From Candidatus Methanomethylophilaceae archaeon (lineage in GTDB: Archaea > Thermoplasmatota > Thermoplasmata > Methanomassiliicoccales > Methanomethylophilaceae): a stretch of DNA of 64,000 nt. The position numbers and the translations under genes are program-made. The DNA is taken from NCBI GenBank assembly GCA_016297775.1, contig JAEDGA010000003.1, positions 2,535-66,534 on the forward strand, read 5' to 3'. Positions 9,901 to 18,770 of the stretch are shown piece after piece. Every line of letters begins with the position of its first letter. Within the stretch, counting starts at the first letter, position 1. Under the pieces are notes generated by a model. The model had not been told where the DNA came from. It worked only from the letters and a program-made list of their open reading frames with translations, and made no database searches.

Positions 9901-10595
9901 TCAGGGTGTGCGAGAACGAGATCTCGGAATTGGGTAACGTCAATCTCCGTGCGATCGAGGAGTTCGATGCGGCCAAGAAGAGGTATGATTCCGTGGACGA
10001 AGAGTCCAAGGTCCTGAAGGATCGCATCGCGGATCTCGATTCTCTGATGGAATCGCTCAATGAGCAGAAGAAAGGTCTCTTCATGAAGACCTATGACGGA
10101 ATAGACGTCAATTTCAGGAACATCTACGCGGAACTCTCCGGAGGCGGAGAGGCGTACATGAAACTGGAGGATGAGGAGGATCCCTTCGCTGGAGGTCTGC
10201 TCATCAACGCCAAACCCAAGAACGGAAAGTTACTCAGACTGGAGGCCCTGTCCGGAGGAGAGAAATCTCTGACCGCGTTGGCCTTCATCTTCGCGATACA
10301 GGAGTTCCAACCGTCCCCGTTCTATGTGCTGGACGAGGTCGACATGTTCCTGGATTCTGTGAATGCAGAGATGGTGGCCAAACGCGTGAGGGAGAGCTCC
10401 GCCAAGGCACAGTTCATACAGGTGTCGCTCAGGAAGGTCACATTGGCATTGGCCCAGCACCTCATCGGTGTTGCAAGGCTTCCGAGCGGATTGAGCAAGG
10501 TGATCATGCAGCCCGATCTGTCCGAAGTGTCCAAGTACGAAGAGGAGGCACAGAGGATACAGGCGAAAGGCATGGATGAGAATGGGGGTGAGTGA
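6996..10595 (+). CDS. smc: chromosome segregation protein SMC
   Basis: 1199 aa. N-terminal Walker A VTGPNGSGKSNI, long coiled-coil regions, a hinge, and C-terminal LSGGEKSLTALAFIFA plus YVLDEVD. Confidence 0.95.
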   Translation: MYLKQVELENFKSFGGKMTIPLMEGYMAVTGPNGSGKSNITDAILFVLGPKSSKAIRAGKLTDLIFDGGKTGKKASYTKVSLVFDNSDGILPWNDTVVRLTRLVKMSANGEDYTSSFFINDQKSTLSEFESLLSKARISADGYNMVQQGDVTRIVQMGSVERRRVLDSISGISSYDADISRAQGERSAANTNLERVTFILEELSRRIDVLRKDMDAAQKYLSIQGRLRMSKAQLVHRNAEDCRNTRAASIRNRDSTRIELDGIVATIERMNADIESYRKSIEDVEEEIIQRAGPEYKKIGDDILKISIEIANLSDRITRMEEENEEFDSNIDGDTRTIASYDEEIRRYSEEIDANKRTIGEKTVEMDAANAELMRVEDELRSKGGKLKELQEELEALEPKIDEWSNKETELKTSAASLGARKEQISRSLASVEESLSEVVFNIKDTEYSLRETKKDLKDNGADVIRAKIAEEKAKEKELETKEDELTSAASRINEEYLHLKAEKKATDAIRGSAAVSRVMELRDTGALNGIHGTIMELASVDKKYETALSIAAGNKMQAIVVDDDQVAADAMKIIKEENLGRATFLPLNKMMDGKPRAKAIMVAKDTEGYAIDLIDFDDMYRSAFWYVFADTLVCRTLTDARKIMGGIRLVTMDGELLEASGAMVGGSIKNTGLKFGAASQGKMDELAEKYRAVSASLNSVKDEIKEVRANLRGLEDKLLDAAKINSDVQGKIGRMESQLKVMQDEKARLEESQNNSRSLLAQIENLEKENLDELKQCTGSLETMRDTRSKLRDDISKIAPAELRDALDSLRAKVYNLNKEILDISGCNTELLSKRNGLDNSKAMLARNISSYKERISSNLEKINNNKANIDKKSVEKSAMEDIKAKMDEGIADLNAKKEGFRVSLATTDTERKQALSDKDAKETLLMTLDKAVVDLDDEIAQLDVEIAQIGFEVERPIPSENELKRLIRVCENEISELGNVNLRAIEEFDAAKKRYDSVDEESKVLKDRIADLDSLMESLNEQKKGLFMKTYDGIDVNFRNIYAELSGGGEAYMKLEDEEDPFAGGLLINAKPKNGKLLRLEALSGGEKSLTALAFIFAIQEFQPSPFYVLDEVDMFLDSVNAEMVAKRVRESSAKAQFIQVSLRKVTLALAQHLIGVARLPSGLSKVIMQPDLSEVSKYEEEAQRIQAKGMDENGGE

Positions 10596-11491
10596 GAATG
10601 GATGGGAACATCACCAACACGGGCAGCGAGGCTATAACGCAGCATCTGCTGTTCTACAAGTCCTTGGTGGACGACAACGAGGGATCCGCCAGGATCGACA
10701 GATACATGAGCATACTCGAGAACGATATCGACGGGGAGAGGCTGCAGGATCCGGTGGACGAATCCATAAGGTCCGTGTTCAGCCTCGTCCTCGAACACGG
10801 CATGGATCCGTGGGAGATCGACATCCGTGTATTCGCGGACCTGTACAGGGAGAAGGTCCGGAACAACATGTTCGATATGATCGTGGCGGGAAAGCTCGTC
10901 CTTATGGCATGGAAGGTCCTCAGGATGCAGTCCGATGCCACGGTATCCATCGGGGAGACTCCCGTATACGAAGAGGACGATTTCGGATTCGATGACGGTG
11001 ATGACGTCTTCGACGATTTCACCCCTCTGCACATCCCCCAGGTGAATCTCAGGGAGGCCAAGTACAGGTTCCCCGTACGCCCGGTCACGATGGTGGAACT
11101 CCTCGACGCCTTGGAGGAGGCCAGAGAGGCGGCATCCATCGCTTCCGCCAGAGAGAAGGCCCGTCAGGATCTCAGGGCGAAGATGCCCAAGAACTTCGAG
11201 AACAAGGCCCACGAAGAGGATGACGAGAAGGACATCGCCCATGTCTGGGACATGATCCAGAAACTTGGAACCGGGGCCATCCCGCTCACCGATCTGTACG
11301 TAGACGACCCCATGGAGAACATCACCCGTTTCGTCGCGGTGCTCCACCTGGTCAGGGACGGCAAGATCAACATCTGGCAGAACGAGCTTCCATACGGCGA
11401 TATCTATCTTGAGATCAAGATGGACTGGGCGACGGTGTCCGTAGAGGCCGCACCCAGAGAGGATGTGGGTGCCCCCGAGGCGGTGATCTGA
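10592..11491 (+). CDS. scpA: segregation and condensation protein A (kleisin)
   Basis: GTG overlaps the smc stop (GTGA); ATG alternative at 10598. Length, position between smc and scpB, and an acidic central region are typical of ScpA. Confidence 0.8.
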   Translation: MRMDGNITNTGSEAITQHLLFYKSLVDDNEGSARIDRYMSILENDIDGERLQDPVDESIRSVFSLVLEHGMDPWEIDIRVFADLYREKVRNNMFDMIVAGKLVLMAWKVLRMQSDATVSIGETPVYEEDDFGFDDGDDVFDDFTPLHIPQVNLREAKYRFPVRPVTMVELLDALEEAREAASIASAREKARQDLRAKMPKNFENKAHEEDDEKDIAHVWDMIQKLGTGAIPLTDLYVDDPMENITRFVAVLHLVRDGKINIWQNELPYGDIYLEIKMDWATVSVEAAPREDVGAPEAVI

Positions 11492-11492
11492 T

Positions 11493-11984
11493 TTGAACGC
11501 CAGGGGAGCTGTCGAAGCGGCCCTGTTCTCCGCATCCTCCCCCCTTCGCGTGAGGGACATCGCGGACAGGACAGGTCTTTCCGATGCCAAGGTGCGCGAG
11601 ATGCTCAAGGTCCTCCAGGAGGAGTATGACGAGCGTGGATCGGCGATAAGGATATCCAAGATCGGCCCCGATTTCGTCATGAGGCTCAGGGACGAGTACT
11701 TGGACTACAGCGACAAGTTCACGGATGCAGAGCTCACCAAGGGCATGATGAAGACCCTGTCGGCCATAGCGTACAACCAGCCGATCCTCCAATCCGAGCT
11801 GTTCAAGACCATCGGTTCAAGGATCTACGATGATGTGCCAGTACTGGTGGAGAAAGGGTTCGTCAACGCCAAGAAGGTGGGACAGACCAAGGAACTCACC
11901 ATCACGAAGAAGTTCATGGAGTACTTCGGTGTGGAGGCCACCTCCAAGAAGGACATCCGCAAATGGCTGGATCAGCAGTCATGA
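11493..11984 (+). CDS. scpB: segregation and condensation protein B
   Basis: AVEAALFSASSPLRVRDIADRTGLS ... TLSAIAYNQPILQSEL is the tandem winged-helix ScpB pattern. TTG start 1 nt after the scpA stop. Confidence 0.85.
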   Translation: MNARGAVEAALFSASSPLRVRDIADRTGLSDAKVREMLKVLQEEYDERGSAIRISKIGPDFVMRLRDEYLDYSDKFTDAELTKGMMKTLSAIAYNQPILQSELFKTIGSRIYDDVPVLVEKGFVNAKKVGQTKELTITKKFMEYFGVEATSKKDIRKWLDQQS

Positions 11985-12030
11985 CGGACGTGCCAGCCTG
12001 CAGGAAATGACATCATACCGTGAAGGAAAC

Positions 12031-12038
12031 CTATATAC
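12031..12038 (+). promoter_or_regulatory. candidate TATA box plus SD for the Sm gene
   Basis: CTATATAC at 12031-12038. GGAGGT at 12055-12060 lies 7 nt before ATG 12068. Confidence 0.45.
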
Positions 12039-12067
12039 GATGCAGATACTAATCGGAGGTCGATAAC

Positions 12068-12286
12068 ATGATCATGCCACTCACAGTACTCGAGAAATCT
12101 TTGAACAAGCGCATATCACTCCTTCTCAAGGACGGAAGGGTCCTCGAGGGAAAGCTTCTGGAATTCGATGAGTACATGAACATGTCCCTCGAGGAGACCA
12201 CGGAGACCACCGCAGCCCAGGAAGAGAGGCGTCTCGGTACCGTCATCCTCCGCGGGAACAACGTTGTAAGCATCGCCGTTCTTTGA
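12068..12286 (+). CDS. archaeal Sm-like (LSm/SmAP) RNA-binding protein
   Basis: 72 aa. Sm1/Sm2 pattern: ISLLLKDGRVLEGKLLEFDEYMNMSL ... LGTVILRGNNVVSI. Confidence 0.9.
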   Translation: MIMPLTVLEKSLNKRISLLLKDGRVLEGKLLEFDEYMNMSLEETTETTAAQEERRLGTVILRGNNVVSIAVL

Positions 12287-12305
12287 TATCGGGTCCCATT
12301 ATTCT

Positions 12306-12326
12306 GACCGTACCGAAGGTACGGTC
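12306..12326 (+). terminator. perfect 9-bp hairpin downstream of the Sm gene
   Basis: GACCGTACC-GAA-GGTACGGTC, 20 nt after the stop codon. Confidence 0.4.
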
Positions 12327-12356
12327 CGAACGATCCGAACGTGTACCATAGTGTAC
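12325..12356. repeat. short tandem/direct repeats in the Sm to Na/Pi spacer
   Basis: TCCGAACGA followed by TCCGAACGT (12325-12342), then GTGTAC-CATA-GTGTAC (12341-12356). Confidence 0.5.
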
Positions 12357-12462
12357 ATTCTGTCCGGTTCAACGGATGTCCTGTCGAACACTTTATGTCT
12401 GAAAAAAATATCAGTGCCTTGTTACGCGTCCGCACGCGTATCCGAACGGAGGGACACGTTGT

Positions 12463-14148
12463 ATGGATAGTGTCATGGTGATCACTGCCCTGTTGATGCT
12501 GGCTGCCGGTGTGGGTGTATTCCTGCTCGCATGCGGTATGTTGAGCTCGAACCTGGAATCGATAAGTAGCAGCAAATTGAGATCACTGTTCTCCAAGGCT
12601 TCCAAGAGCAAGACCCTGGGTGTCGGGATAGGTACCGTCTCCACGGCCGCAATCCAGAGTTCCGGAGCCACAACCGTTCTGGTCATCGGTTTTGTCAACG
12701 CCGGTATAATCTCCCTCCCCCTCGCGGCTTCCATCATCTACGGTGCGAACATCGGAACCACCATCACGGCCCAGATCGCCGCACTCAGTTCTTTCGGGGA
12801 TTCCATATCCACCACACTGATCTTCAGCGCATTGACCGGGGTCGGTGCGTTCGTCACACTCTTCGCCAAGAAGGACAGCACCAAGAAGATCGGTGGTATA
12901 TTCGCCGGTTTCGGACTGCTCTTCGTAGGTCTGTCGTTGATGTCCGATTCCATGGGCGGCTTCGCGGAACTGCCCGAGGTCAGGGATCTTCTGGCGAGCA
13001 TCGACAACATAATCATCCTTCTGCTTCTGGGTATCGTACTGACAGCCATCGTGCAGAGTTCGTCCGTGGTAACGGTGGTTGCCATCACCATGGTCGGATC
13101 GGGTTTGATCACCCTGGATCAAGGTATCTACCTCACGCTCGGTTCCAACATCGGATCGTGCATCGTGGCCATAGTCGCCGGATTCACCAGCGGTCTCAAT
13201 GCCAAGAGGACCGCGTTGATACACCTGTTCTTCAACGTGTTCGGTGTGATAATATTCGTGATCGCCGGAATGATCCTCGGTATCTTCGACATATCTTACG
13301 GTGAGATCTTCGCGTTCGCATTCCCCGGTATAGCCGAGACCCAGCTTGCGATGTTCCACACGTTCTTCAACGTGACCACCGTGCTCATCATGCTTCCGCT
13401 GACCAACCTCCTGGTCAAATTGGTCGTATACCTTCTACCCGACAAGGTAGTCGAGACCCCGTTGGATGACAACGTACCTCATCTCGTCTATGTGAACGAC
13501 TATATGCTCAGGACGCCCGCCATCGCTGTGGAGCAGGTCAGGAACGAGATCATCAACATGTCCCGTATCGCCATGGAAAACTTCAGGGCATCCTACGAGA
13601 TGATCCAGACACTCAATTTCGACGGATTGGCTAAGTTCAGGGCCAACGAGGATCAGCTTAACTTCCTCAACAAGGAGGTGGCACGTTACCTGGTAAAGCT
13701 GTCCAATCTACCGCTCAACGCGGATGATTACGCTTACATCTCGACCGCATACAAATCCGTCACCGATCTCGAGCGTATCGGGGACTATGCGGAGAACATC
13801 GTCGAGTATGCGGAGAAGATGAAATCCACCAACGAAGGATTCTCGGACATCGCCAAAGCGGAGATGTGCAAGGTCGAATCGCTGGTCGAATCCCTTTACG
13901 AGAAGGTACTGATCGCATACAGCGAATATGATGAGAAGTCCCTCGAGGAGGCGTACGATATCGAGGAGATGATCGATGTCACCACCGACGACATGTCCGC
14001 CAATCATATCTGCAGGCTCAACGATGGAATCTGTACCCTCGATGTCGGTGCCAAGTATCTCTCCTTGGCATCGGATACGGAGAGGGTCGCGGATCACCTG
14101 ATCAACTTCGGCAAGACCATCAGGGACATAAGACCCAACTCCATATGA
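12463..14148 (+). CDS. Na/Pi cotransporter family protein with C-terminal PhoU-like domain
   Basis: Duplicated QSSGATTVLVIGF and QSSSVVTVVAITM motifs in a polytopic N-terminal half. The soluble helical C-terminal half has a PhoU-like pattern (LERIGDYAENI, TERVADHLINF). Confidence 0.85.
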   Translation: MDSVMVITALLMLAAGVGVFLLACGMLSSNLESISSSKLRSLFSKASKSKTLGVGIGTVSTAAIQSSGATTVLVIGFVNAGIISLPLAASIIYGANIGTTITAQIAALSSFGDSISTTLIFSALTGVGAFVTLFAKKDSTKKIGGIFAGFGLLFVGLSLMSDSMGGFAELPEVRDLLASIDNIIILLLLGIVLTAIVQSSSVVTVVAITMVGSGLITLDQGIYLTLGSNIGSCIVAIVAGFTSGLNAKRTALIHLFFNVFGVIIFVIAGMILGIFDISYGEIFAFAFPGIAETQLAMFHTFFNVTTVLIMLPLTNLLVKLVVYLLPDKVVETPLDDNVPHLVYVNDYMLRTPAIAVEQVRNEIINMSRIAMENFRASYEMIQTLNFDGLAKFRANEDQLNFLNKEVARYLVKLSNLPLNADDYAYISTAYKSVTDLERIGDYAENIVEYAEKMKSTNEGFSDIAKAEMCKVESLVESLYEKVLIAYSEYDEKSLEEAYDIEEMIDVTTDDMSANHICRLNDGICTLDVGAKYLSLASDTERVADHLINFGKTIRDIRPNSI

Positions 14149-14241
14149 TGTGATGGCCCTGTATTGTTTTAATACCTACAAACGTATGGGTCACCCAGTT
14201 CATACGGTGCCGCATGCGGTATCGCACAGGAGACTGCTTAC

Positions 14242-15615
14242 ATGGTCCAGAGGATGTTCGGAACTAACGGGGTCAGAGGTGTCGTCAACGAGGACATGAA
14301 CACCGACCTGGCACTCCAGATGGGAAAGGCGATCGGAAAGTTCTTCGGAGGAAAGGTGGCGATAGCCACGGATACCCGTGTGTCCGGCGATATGATCAAA
14401 TCCGCTGTATGTGCGGGACTCATGGCCGTGGGCTGCAACGTACGCGACCTCGGTATCGTTCCCACACCCGCGATCCAGTATCACGTGAAGACCAACGACG
14501 ATATCGTCGGAGGTGTGATGATCACAGCATCCCACAACCCTCCCAAGTTCAATGGTATCAAGTGCATCGATTTCGACGGTACGGAGATGCCTCGCGAGAA
14601 GGAGGAGAAGATCGAGATCATCTATTCCGGTAACGTGGAATGCCGTTCCTGGAACGACATCGGTACGATGGAGACCTACGGTTCCGCAGGCGAGGAATAC
14701 ATCGATGCGGTGATCTCCCACGTGGACGTCGAGGCCATCAGGAAGGCCAACCTCACGGCGGTGGTGGATTGTGCCAACGGTGCTGCATTCAGGACCACAC
14801 CCCTTCTCATGAAGAAGCTCGGTGTCAGGGCGATCACGCTCAATGCGGATCCCCAGGGAGAGTTCCCCGGACACCCCAGCGAACCCACGGAGGACAACCT
14901 TAGGGATCTGATCTCTCTCACCGGATCGGTCAAAGCGGATCTCGGAGTCGCCCATGACGGTGACGCCGATCGTGCGGTGTTCGTCGCACGCAAAGGAAAG
15001 AAAGGTGTGTACATGCCCGGGGACAAGAGTCTCGCAATCATGTCCAAGACGATCGTATCCGACCTCGGAGGCGATTGCACTGTAGTCACACCCGTCAGCT
15101 CCTCCTCCATGGTGGAGGAGGTCGTGAAGGATGCCGGAGGTTCCGTCATCTACACCGCCGTAGGTTCTCCCATCGTCGCAAGACGCATGATGAAGGAGGG
15201 TTCACCCTTCGGAGGCGAGGAGAACGGCGGTTTGATCTTCGCGGACCACCAGTTCTGCAGGGACGGAGCCATGACCATCGCCAAGATGATCGAGGGGATC
15301 GTAAAATACGGACCTCTGATCGATCAGATGGAGGCACTCCCCGTCTATTACGTGGACAAGAGGAAGATCGAATGTCCCAACAACAGGAAGACCGACCTCA
15401 TAGACTACATGAAGGAGACGTTCTCCGAAGGCAACAGGGTGGACACCACCGACGGTCTGAAGATCCTCTTCGACGACGGAGGATGGGTGCTTCTCAGACC
15501 TTCCGGAACGGAGCCCATCTTCAGGATCTATTCGGAATCCAAGGATGAGAACCTCTCCAAGGAGCGCGGTGCCCAGTTCGAGAAGGTCGCCAGCGACTAC
15601 ATGGAAGGTCTCTGA
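14242..15615 (+). CDS. glmM: phosphoglucosamine/phosphomannomutase family protein (archaeal GlmM-like)
   Basis: MFGTNGVRG, active-site TASHNPPKFNGIK, metal loop AHDGDADR, and RPSGTEP near the C-terminus. Confidence 0.85.
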   Translation: MVQRMFGTNGVRGVVNEDMNTDLALQMGKAIGKFFGGKVAIATDTRVSGDMIKSAVCAGLMAVGCNVRDLGIVPTPAIQYHVKTNDDIVGGVMITASHNPPKFNGIKCIDFDGTEMPREKEEKIEIIYSGNVECRSWNDIGTMETYGSAGEEYIDAVISHVDVEAIRKANLTAVVDCANGAAFRTTPLLMKKLGVRAITLNADPQGEFPGHPSEPTEDNLRDLISLTGSVKADLGVAHDGDADRAVFVARKGKKGVYMPGDKSLAIMSKTIVSDLGGDCTVVTPVSSSSMVEEVVKDAGGSVIYTAVGSPIVARRMMKEGSPFGGEENGGLIFADHQFCRDGAMTIAKMIEGIVKYGPLIDQMEALPVYYVDKRKIECPNNRKTDLIDYMKETFSEGNRVDTTDGLKILFDDGGWVLLRPSGTEPIFRIYSESKDENLSKERGAQFEKVASDYMEGL

Positions 15616-15627
15616 GACCAATAATAC

Positions 15628-15643
15628 GGCGGCAACGGCCGCC
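15628..15643. terminator. GC hairpin between convergent glmM-like and speB genes
   Basis: GGCGGC-AACG-GCCGCC followed by CTTATTTTC. Confidence 0.4.
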
Positions 15644-15675
15644 TTACAATCTTATTTTCAAGAATCATGAAGTGC

Positions 15676-16536
15676 TCAGCACTTCATGTTCTTCGCATAC
15701 ACCGCCATGACCTCTTTGATGAGTCTGGCGGCAAGTACGGGTGTGGAACCTGTGGGGTCCGCTGGAGGGCACACTTCGCACACATCGAATCCTACGAGCC
15801 TGTCACCGATCATGTTGATGGTCTTCTTCACATCGTAGGGGTGCAGTCCGAACGGTTCGGGAGTACCGGTACCCGGTGCGAATGCGGGATCGATACCGTC
15901 TATGTCGATGGTGAGGTACACCTTGTCGGCCTTGACCGAATCCAGCGCTTTGCGTACGGCCCATTCCATACCTTTCTCGTGTATGTCGTACGCGCTGATG
16001 TAGGGTATAACCTCATCCGCATCGAGCTCCTCTTCGGAGATGGATCTCATACCGAGGGCGTACACATTGTCGATACCTAGATGATCGGCAGCACGTCTGG
16101 TGATGCAGGCGTGGCTGTTGCGGGATCCCATGTATTCGTCTCTTCCGTCCAGGTGTGCATCGATGGAGATCAATGCTATGCTCTTCTCCTCGAACAGCTG
16201 GATGATGGGGATGTTTATGGAATGTTCTCCGCCTATCGCTATGGTGAACTTCCCGTCGTTGACGGCGGGCGACATGGCGAACTTGACCTCGTCGATCATG
16301 TCCTCGGGGAGTATGAAATCATCACAGTCCCCGTAATCGTATACTGCGAGCTCCGGAAGTCTTCCGTGCTCGAAATGCGTCCTTTCAAAATTGTAAGAGC
16401 AGCGGCGGATGGCCGAAGGGCCTTCACGCGCGCCCGCTCTGAAACAAGATGTATGGTCGTACGGAATCCCATAGATGCAGATGTCCGCATCGTTGTAGTC
16501 GGATTCAGCGTCGGCGAATGAGATTCCGTTAGGCAT
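15676..16536 (-). CDS. speB: agmatinase (arginase/ureohydrolase family)
   Basis: IYGIPYDHTSCFRAGAREGPSAIR, GGEHS, SIDAHLD and DIDGIDP are the Mn-binding ureohydrolase motifs. Confidence 0.9.
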   Translation of the reverse strand: MPNGISFADAESDYNDADICIYGIPYDHTSCFRAGAREGPSAIRRCSYNFERTHFEHGRLPELAVYDYGDCDDFILPEDMIDEVKFAMSPAVNDGKFTIAIGGEHSINIPIIQLFEEKSIALISIDAHLDGRDEYMGSRNSHACITRRAADHLGIDNVYALGMRSISEEELDADEVIPYISAYDIHEKGMEWAVRKALDSVKADKVYLTIDIDGIDPAFAPGTGTPEPFGLHPYDVKKTINMIGDRLVGFDVCEVCPPADPTGSTPVLAARLIKEVMAVYAKNMKC

Positions 16537-16548
16537 CCTATGCCTACC

Positions 16549-16932
16549 TCACATCAGTTTGTATCTGTCCATCGCGACGATGTACATGATCTCCGCACCG
16601 GGATCGAGGGAGCACTCGTGGTCCTCGTTGATCGCCATGGTGATGTTCTCGTAGGTCTCGAGATCCATGATCTGTACTTCGTCTCCCTGAACGGAAAGGA
16701 CCTGGGCCTTCCTCTTGTCGATCAGAGGAACCTGGACCTTGGTGCTGACAGGTCCGACGAGGGACTTCTTCGCACCGGTGAAAATGCTCGCTGCGTCGAT
16801 GTTCGCCTTTGCGGATCCGTGCTTTCCGGGCTTGGATGTGCTGATAGAAATGATCTTACAGGGCTCGCCGTCGATGTTGACGTACCTTCCGATCTTGAGC
16901 TCCCTGATCTCCTTCATCTCCCAATCTGCCAT
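16549..16932 (-). CDS. eif5a: translation initiation factor 5A (aIF5A)
   Basis: STSKPGKHGSAKANI contains the hypusine/deoxyhypusine lysine loop. 127 aa. Lies 12 nt upstream of speB. Confidence 0.95.
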   Translation of the reverse strand: MADWEMKEIRELKIGRYVNIDGEPCKIISISTSKPGKHGSAKANIDAASIFTGAKKSLVGPVSTKVQVPLIDKRKAQVLSVQGDEVQIMDLETYENITMAINEDHECSLDPGAEIMYIVAMDRYKLM

Positions 16933-17061
16933 ATTTCATTCTCCTTTGGGTTATTTTGCATGGTTGGTCGATGTGTTCCGTCTTACGGCCTTTCAGTCAA
17001 CCGCATGCATCTTGTAGGCCCTCTATCCCTCTCAATATTAATAAAGGGTTGGTCTGTCCGT

Positions 17062-18162
17062 TCATCTGGACCTTGGCCGGTTGTCTCCCTTTCCGTTCCC
17101 TTTCCTCCCTCTTCTGTTGGAGTTCTTGGGTTTCTGGGGTCTCTTCGGCGGATCCGGATATCTGCGTTTGATGTCCTCGACCCTTGTTGCGAACTGCTGG
17201 GTCAGTTGCTCCCCGATGAACTCTCCGTGGTACTGGTCCACCTTGGCGGCTATGGATATCTTGCAGGCGAGTGCTCTGGCTATGTTACCGCGTTGCCAAT
17301 ATGGTGCGCGGTGTACCTCCGGGTGCTGGTAGATGATACCATGCTTTGGTGGTTTCTTCCCGGATTTGAGATGCCTGAACATGGCCTTCTCCGCTCCCAG
17401 CAACTGTACGGTGGAAGACGGGAGCGATGCCAACCTTTCCAATCCGCCTGCCATGGAGATGAGCCTGGCTGTGAGAGGTCCGCCGATGAGCGCACACATG
17501 TTGGGGCAACTGGAACTTATGATCCCGGAGATGTACTCCTCCGTGCGTTCCCTGTTGTCGTATATCATGCAGAGCTGGTCCGCAAGGTCCATGATGGATC
17601 TCATATCCTCGTCCTCCAGCTCGGAACCGATGGACTCTATATCGAGACCCAGCTCTTCGATTATACCGTCCCTCTCGCCGTATCTGGCGATCAGTTCCGC
17701 ATATTTCCTGTCCTGTGCGTAATCCGCGAGTTCGGGGAAGTGGAGGCCGTACCACTCGTGCAGCCTTTCGTTCATCAGATTGCAGGTCTCGATAAGATCG
17801 TCCAGCGATCTTACCGCCTGGACTGCGGACCTGTCCCTGGATATGGGTTCGGACGTCCTGATCTTACCGAGTCTGATCATCGCCTCGTGCATCAGATCCT
17901 GTCCGTATCCGAAATCCTCCGCCTTGATGAAACTGGAATCGAACAGCGTGGGCTTTCCCAGAGGGGACTGCCTCCTGTCGGATACCATGAGCTTCTGGGT
18001 ACCGGCGGACACCTCTGCCTCCTCCGGTATGGTGCCACCTCTCTGCATCGCGGCGAGCTTGTCGGCGATCCTCTCCGCATCCTTGGGGAAGAGTATCTTC
18101 CTGACGATCCTGTTCTCCTCGCAGAGGAAGGTACCGAACCATTTGGTGACCAATACTGCCAT
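17062..18162 (-). CDS. nop5: Nop5 (Nop56/58) C/D box sRNP core protein
   Basis: Nop domain pattern LGAEKAMFRHLKSGKKPPKHGIIYQHP. Basic C-terminal tail. Start moved to MAVLVTKWFG (ATG 18160-18162), 2 nt after the upstream aldolase stop. Confidence 0.9.
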   Translation of the reverse strand: MAVLVTKWFGTFLCEENRIVRKILFPKDAERIADKLAAMQRGGTIPEEAEVSAGTQKLMVSDRRQSPLGKPTLFDSSFIKAEDFGYGQDLMHEAMIRLGKIRTSEPISRDRSAVQAVRSLDDLIETCNLMNERLHEWYGLHFPELADYAQDRKYAELIARYGERDGIIEELGLDIESIGSELEDEDMRSIMDLADQLCMIYDNRERTEEYISGIISSSCPNMCALIGGPLTARLISMAGGLERLASLPSSTVQLLGAEKAMFRHLKSGKKPPKHGIIYQHPEVHRAPYWQRGNIARALACKISIAAKVDQYHGEFIGEQLTQQFATRVEDIKRRYPDPPKRPQKPKNSNRRGRKGNGKGDNRPRSR

Positions 18163-18164
18163 GT

Positions 18165-18770
18165 TCACATCCTCTTCAGTTTCTCGACCTCGTCCCTGGG
18201 GAGTCCGCGGCATCTTCCCACGAGCATCTGCAATTCCGCCTGGAACTCCAGTTCCTCCATCCTGTCGTACGCATCCATAAGGTCCTTGCCCTGGGTGACC
18301 GCACCATGCCTCTCCATGAGTATGGCCTTGGACGATGCGTGTGCCGCGACGGCATCCACGAGCTCCTTGCTGCCCGGGGTGTAATATCCCACCGTGGGGA
18401 CATCTCCCAGCAGGAGGACGCCCTCTGGTGTGAGGTCCGGTCTGATCTTCTTCTTCATGGTGAGGGCTATGCAGTTGAGAGGATGACAGTGTATTATCGC
18501 ATTGGTCCCCTCGTTGGCCTTGTACAGTGCCAGATGCATGAACGTCTCGATGGATGGTCTGCCTCTTCCGCTGATCACCTCTCCCTCCATGTTCACGATG
18601 ATGAGGTCGTCCGGACCGAGGAATCCCTTGTTCTTCCCGCTGGGTGTTATCAATACCTCCTCATCGTTCAGTCTCACGCTCATGTTCCCTCCTGCGGACA
18701 CCGTGAGCTTCCTGTCGTACAGCAGGGCGCAGATCCTGACCAGTTGGCTCCTTGCGTAATCCTCGTTCAT
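18165..18770 (-). CDS. class II aldolase/adducin-family protein (fuculose-1-P aldolase / MTRu-1-P dehydratase or aldolase-like)
   Basis: SAGGNMS, ITPSGK, PSIETFMH and IIHCHP (HxH Zn ligands). The start ATG overlaps the mtnA stop (ATGA). Confidence 0.8.
   Translation of the reverse strand: MNEDYARSQLVRICALLYDRKLTVSAGGNMSVRLNDEEVLITPSGKNKGFLGPDDLIIVNMEGEVISGRGRPSIETFMHLALYKANEGTNAIIHCHPLNCIALTMKKKIRPDLTPEGVLLLGDVPTVGYYTPGSKELVDAVAAHASSKAILMERHGAVTQGKDLMDAYDRMEELEFQAELQMLVGRCRGLPRDEVEKLKRM

Noticed and set aside
12287-12462. Search for a small rpl37e-like ORF or a C/D box sRNA after the Sm gene
   Set aside because: No Cys-rich basic mini-ORF is present in any frame. There is no RUGAUGA...CUGA pair at sRNA spacing; only isolated CTGA tetramers occur.
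16540-18384. 614-aa plus-strand ORF covering aIF5A, nop5 and part of the aldolase
   Set aside because: It runs opposite three recognisable genes and an intergenic spacer. Its composition is rich in Arg/Gly/Leu/Val and of low complexity.
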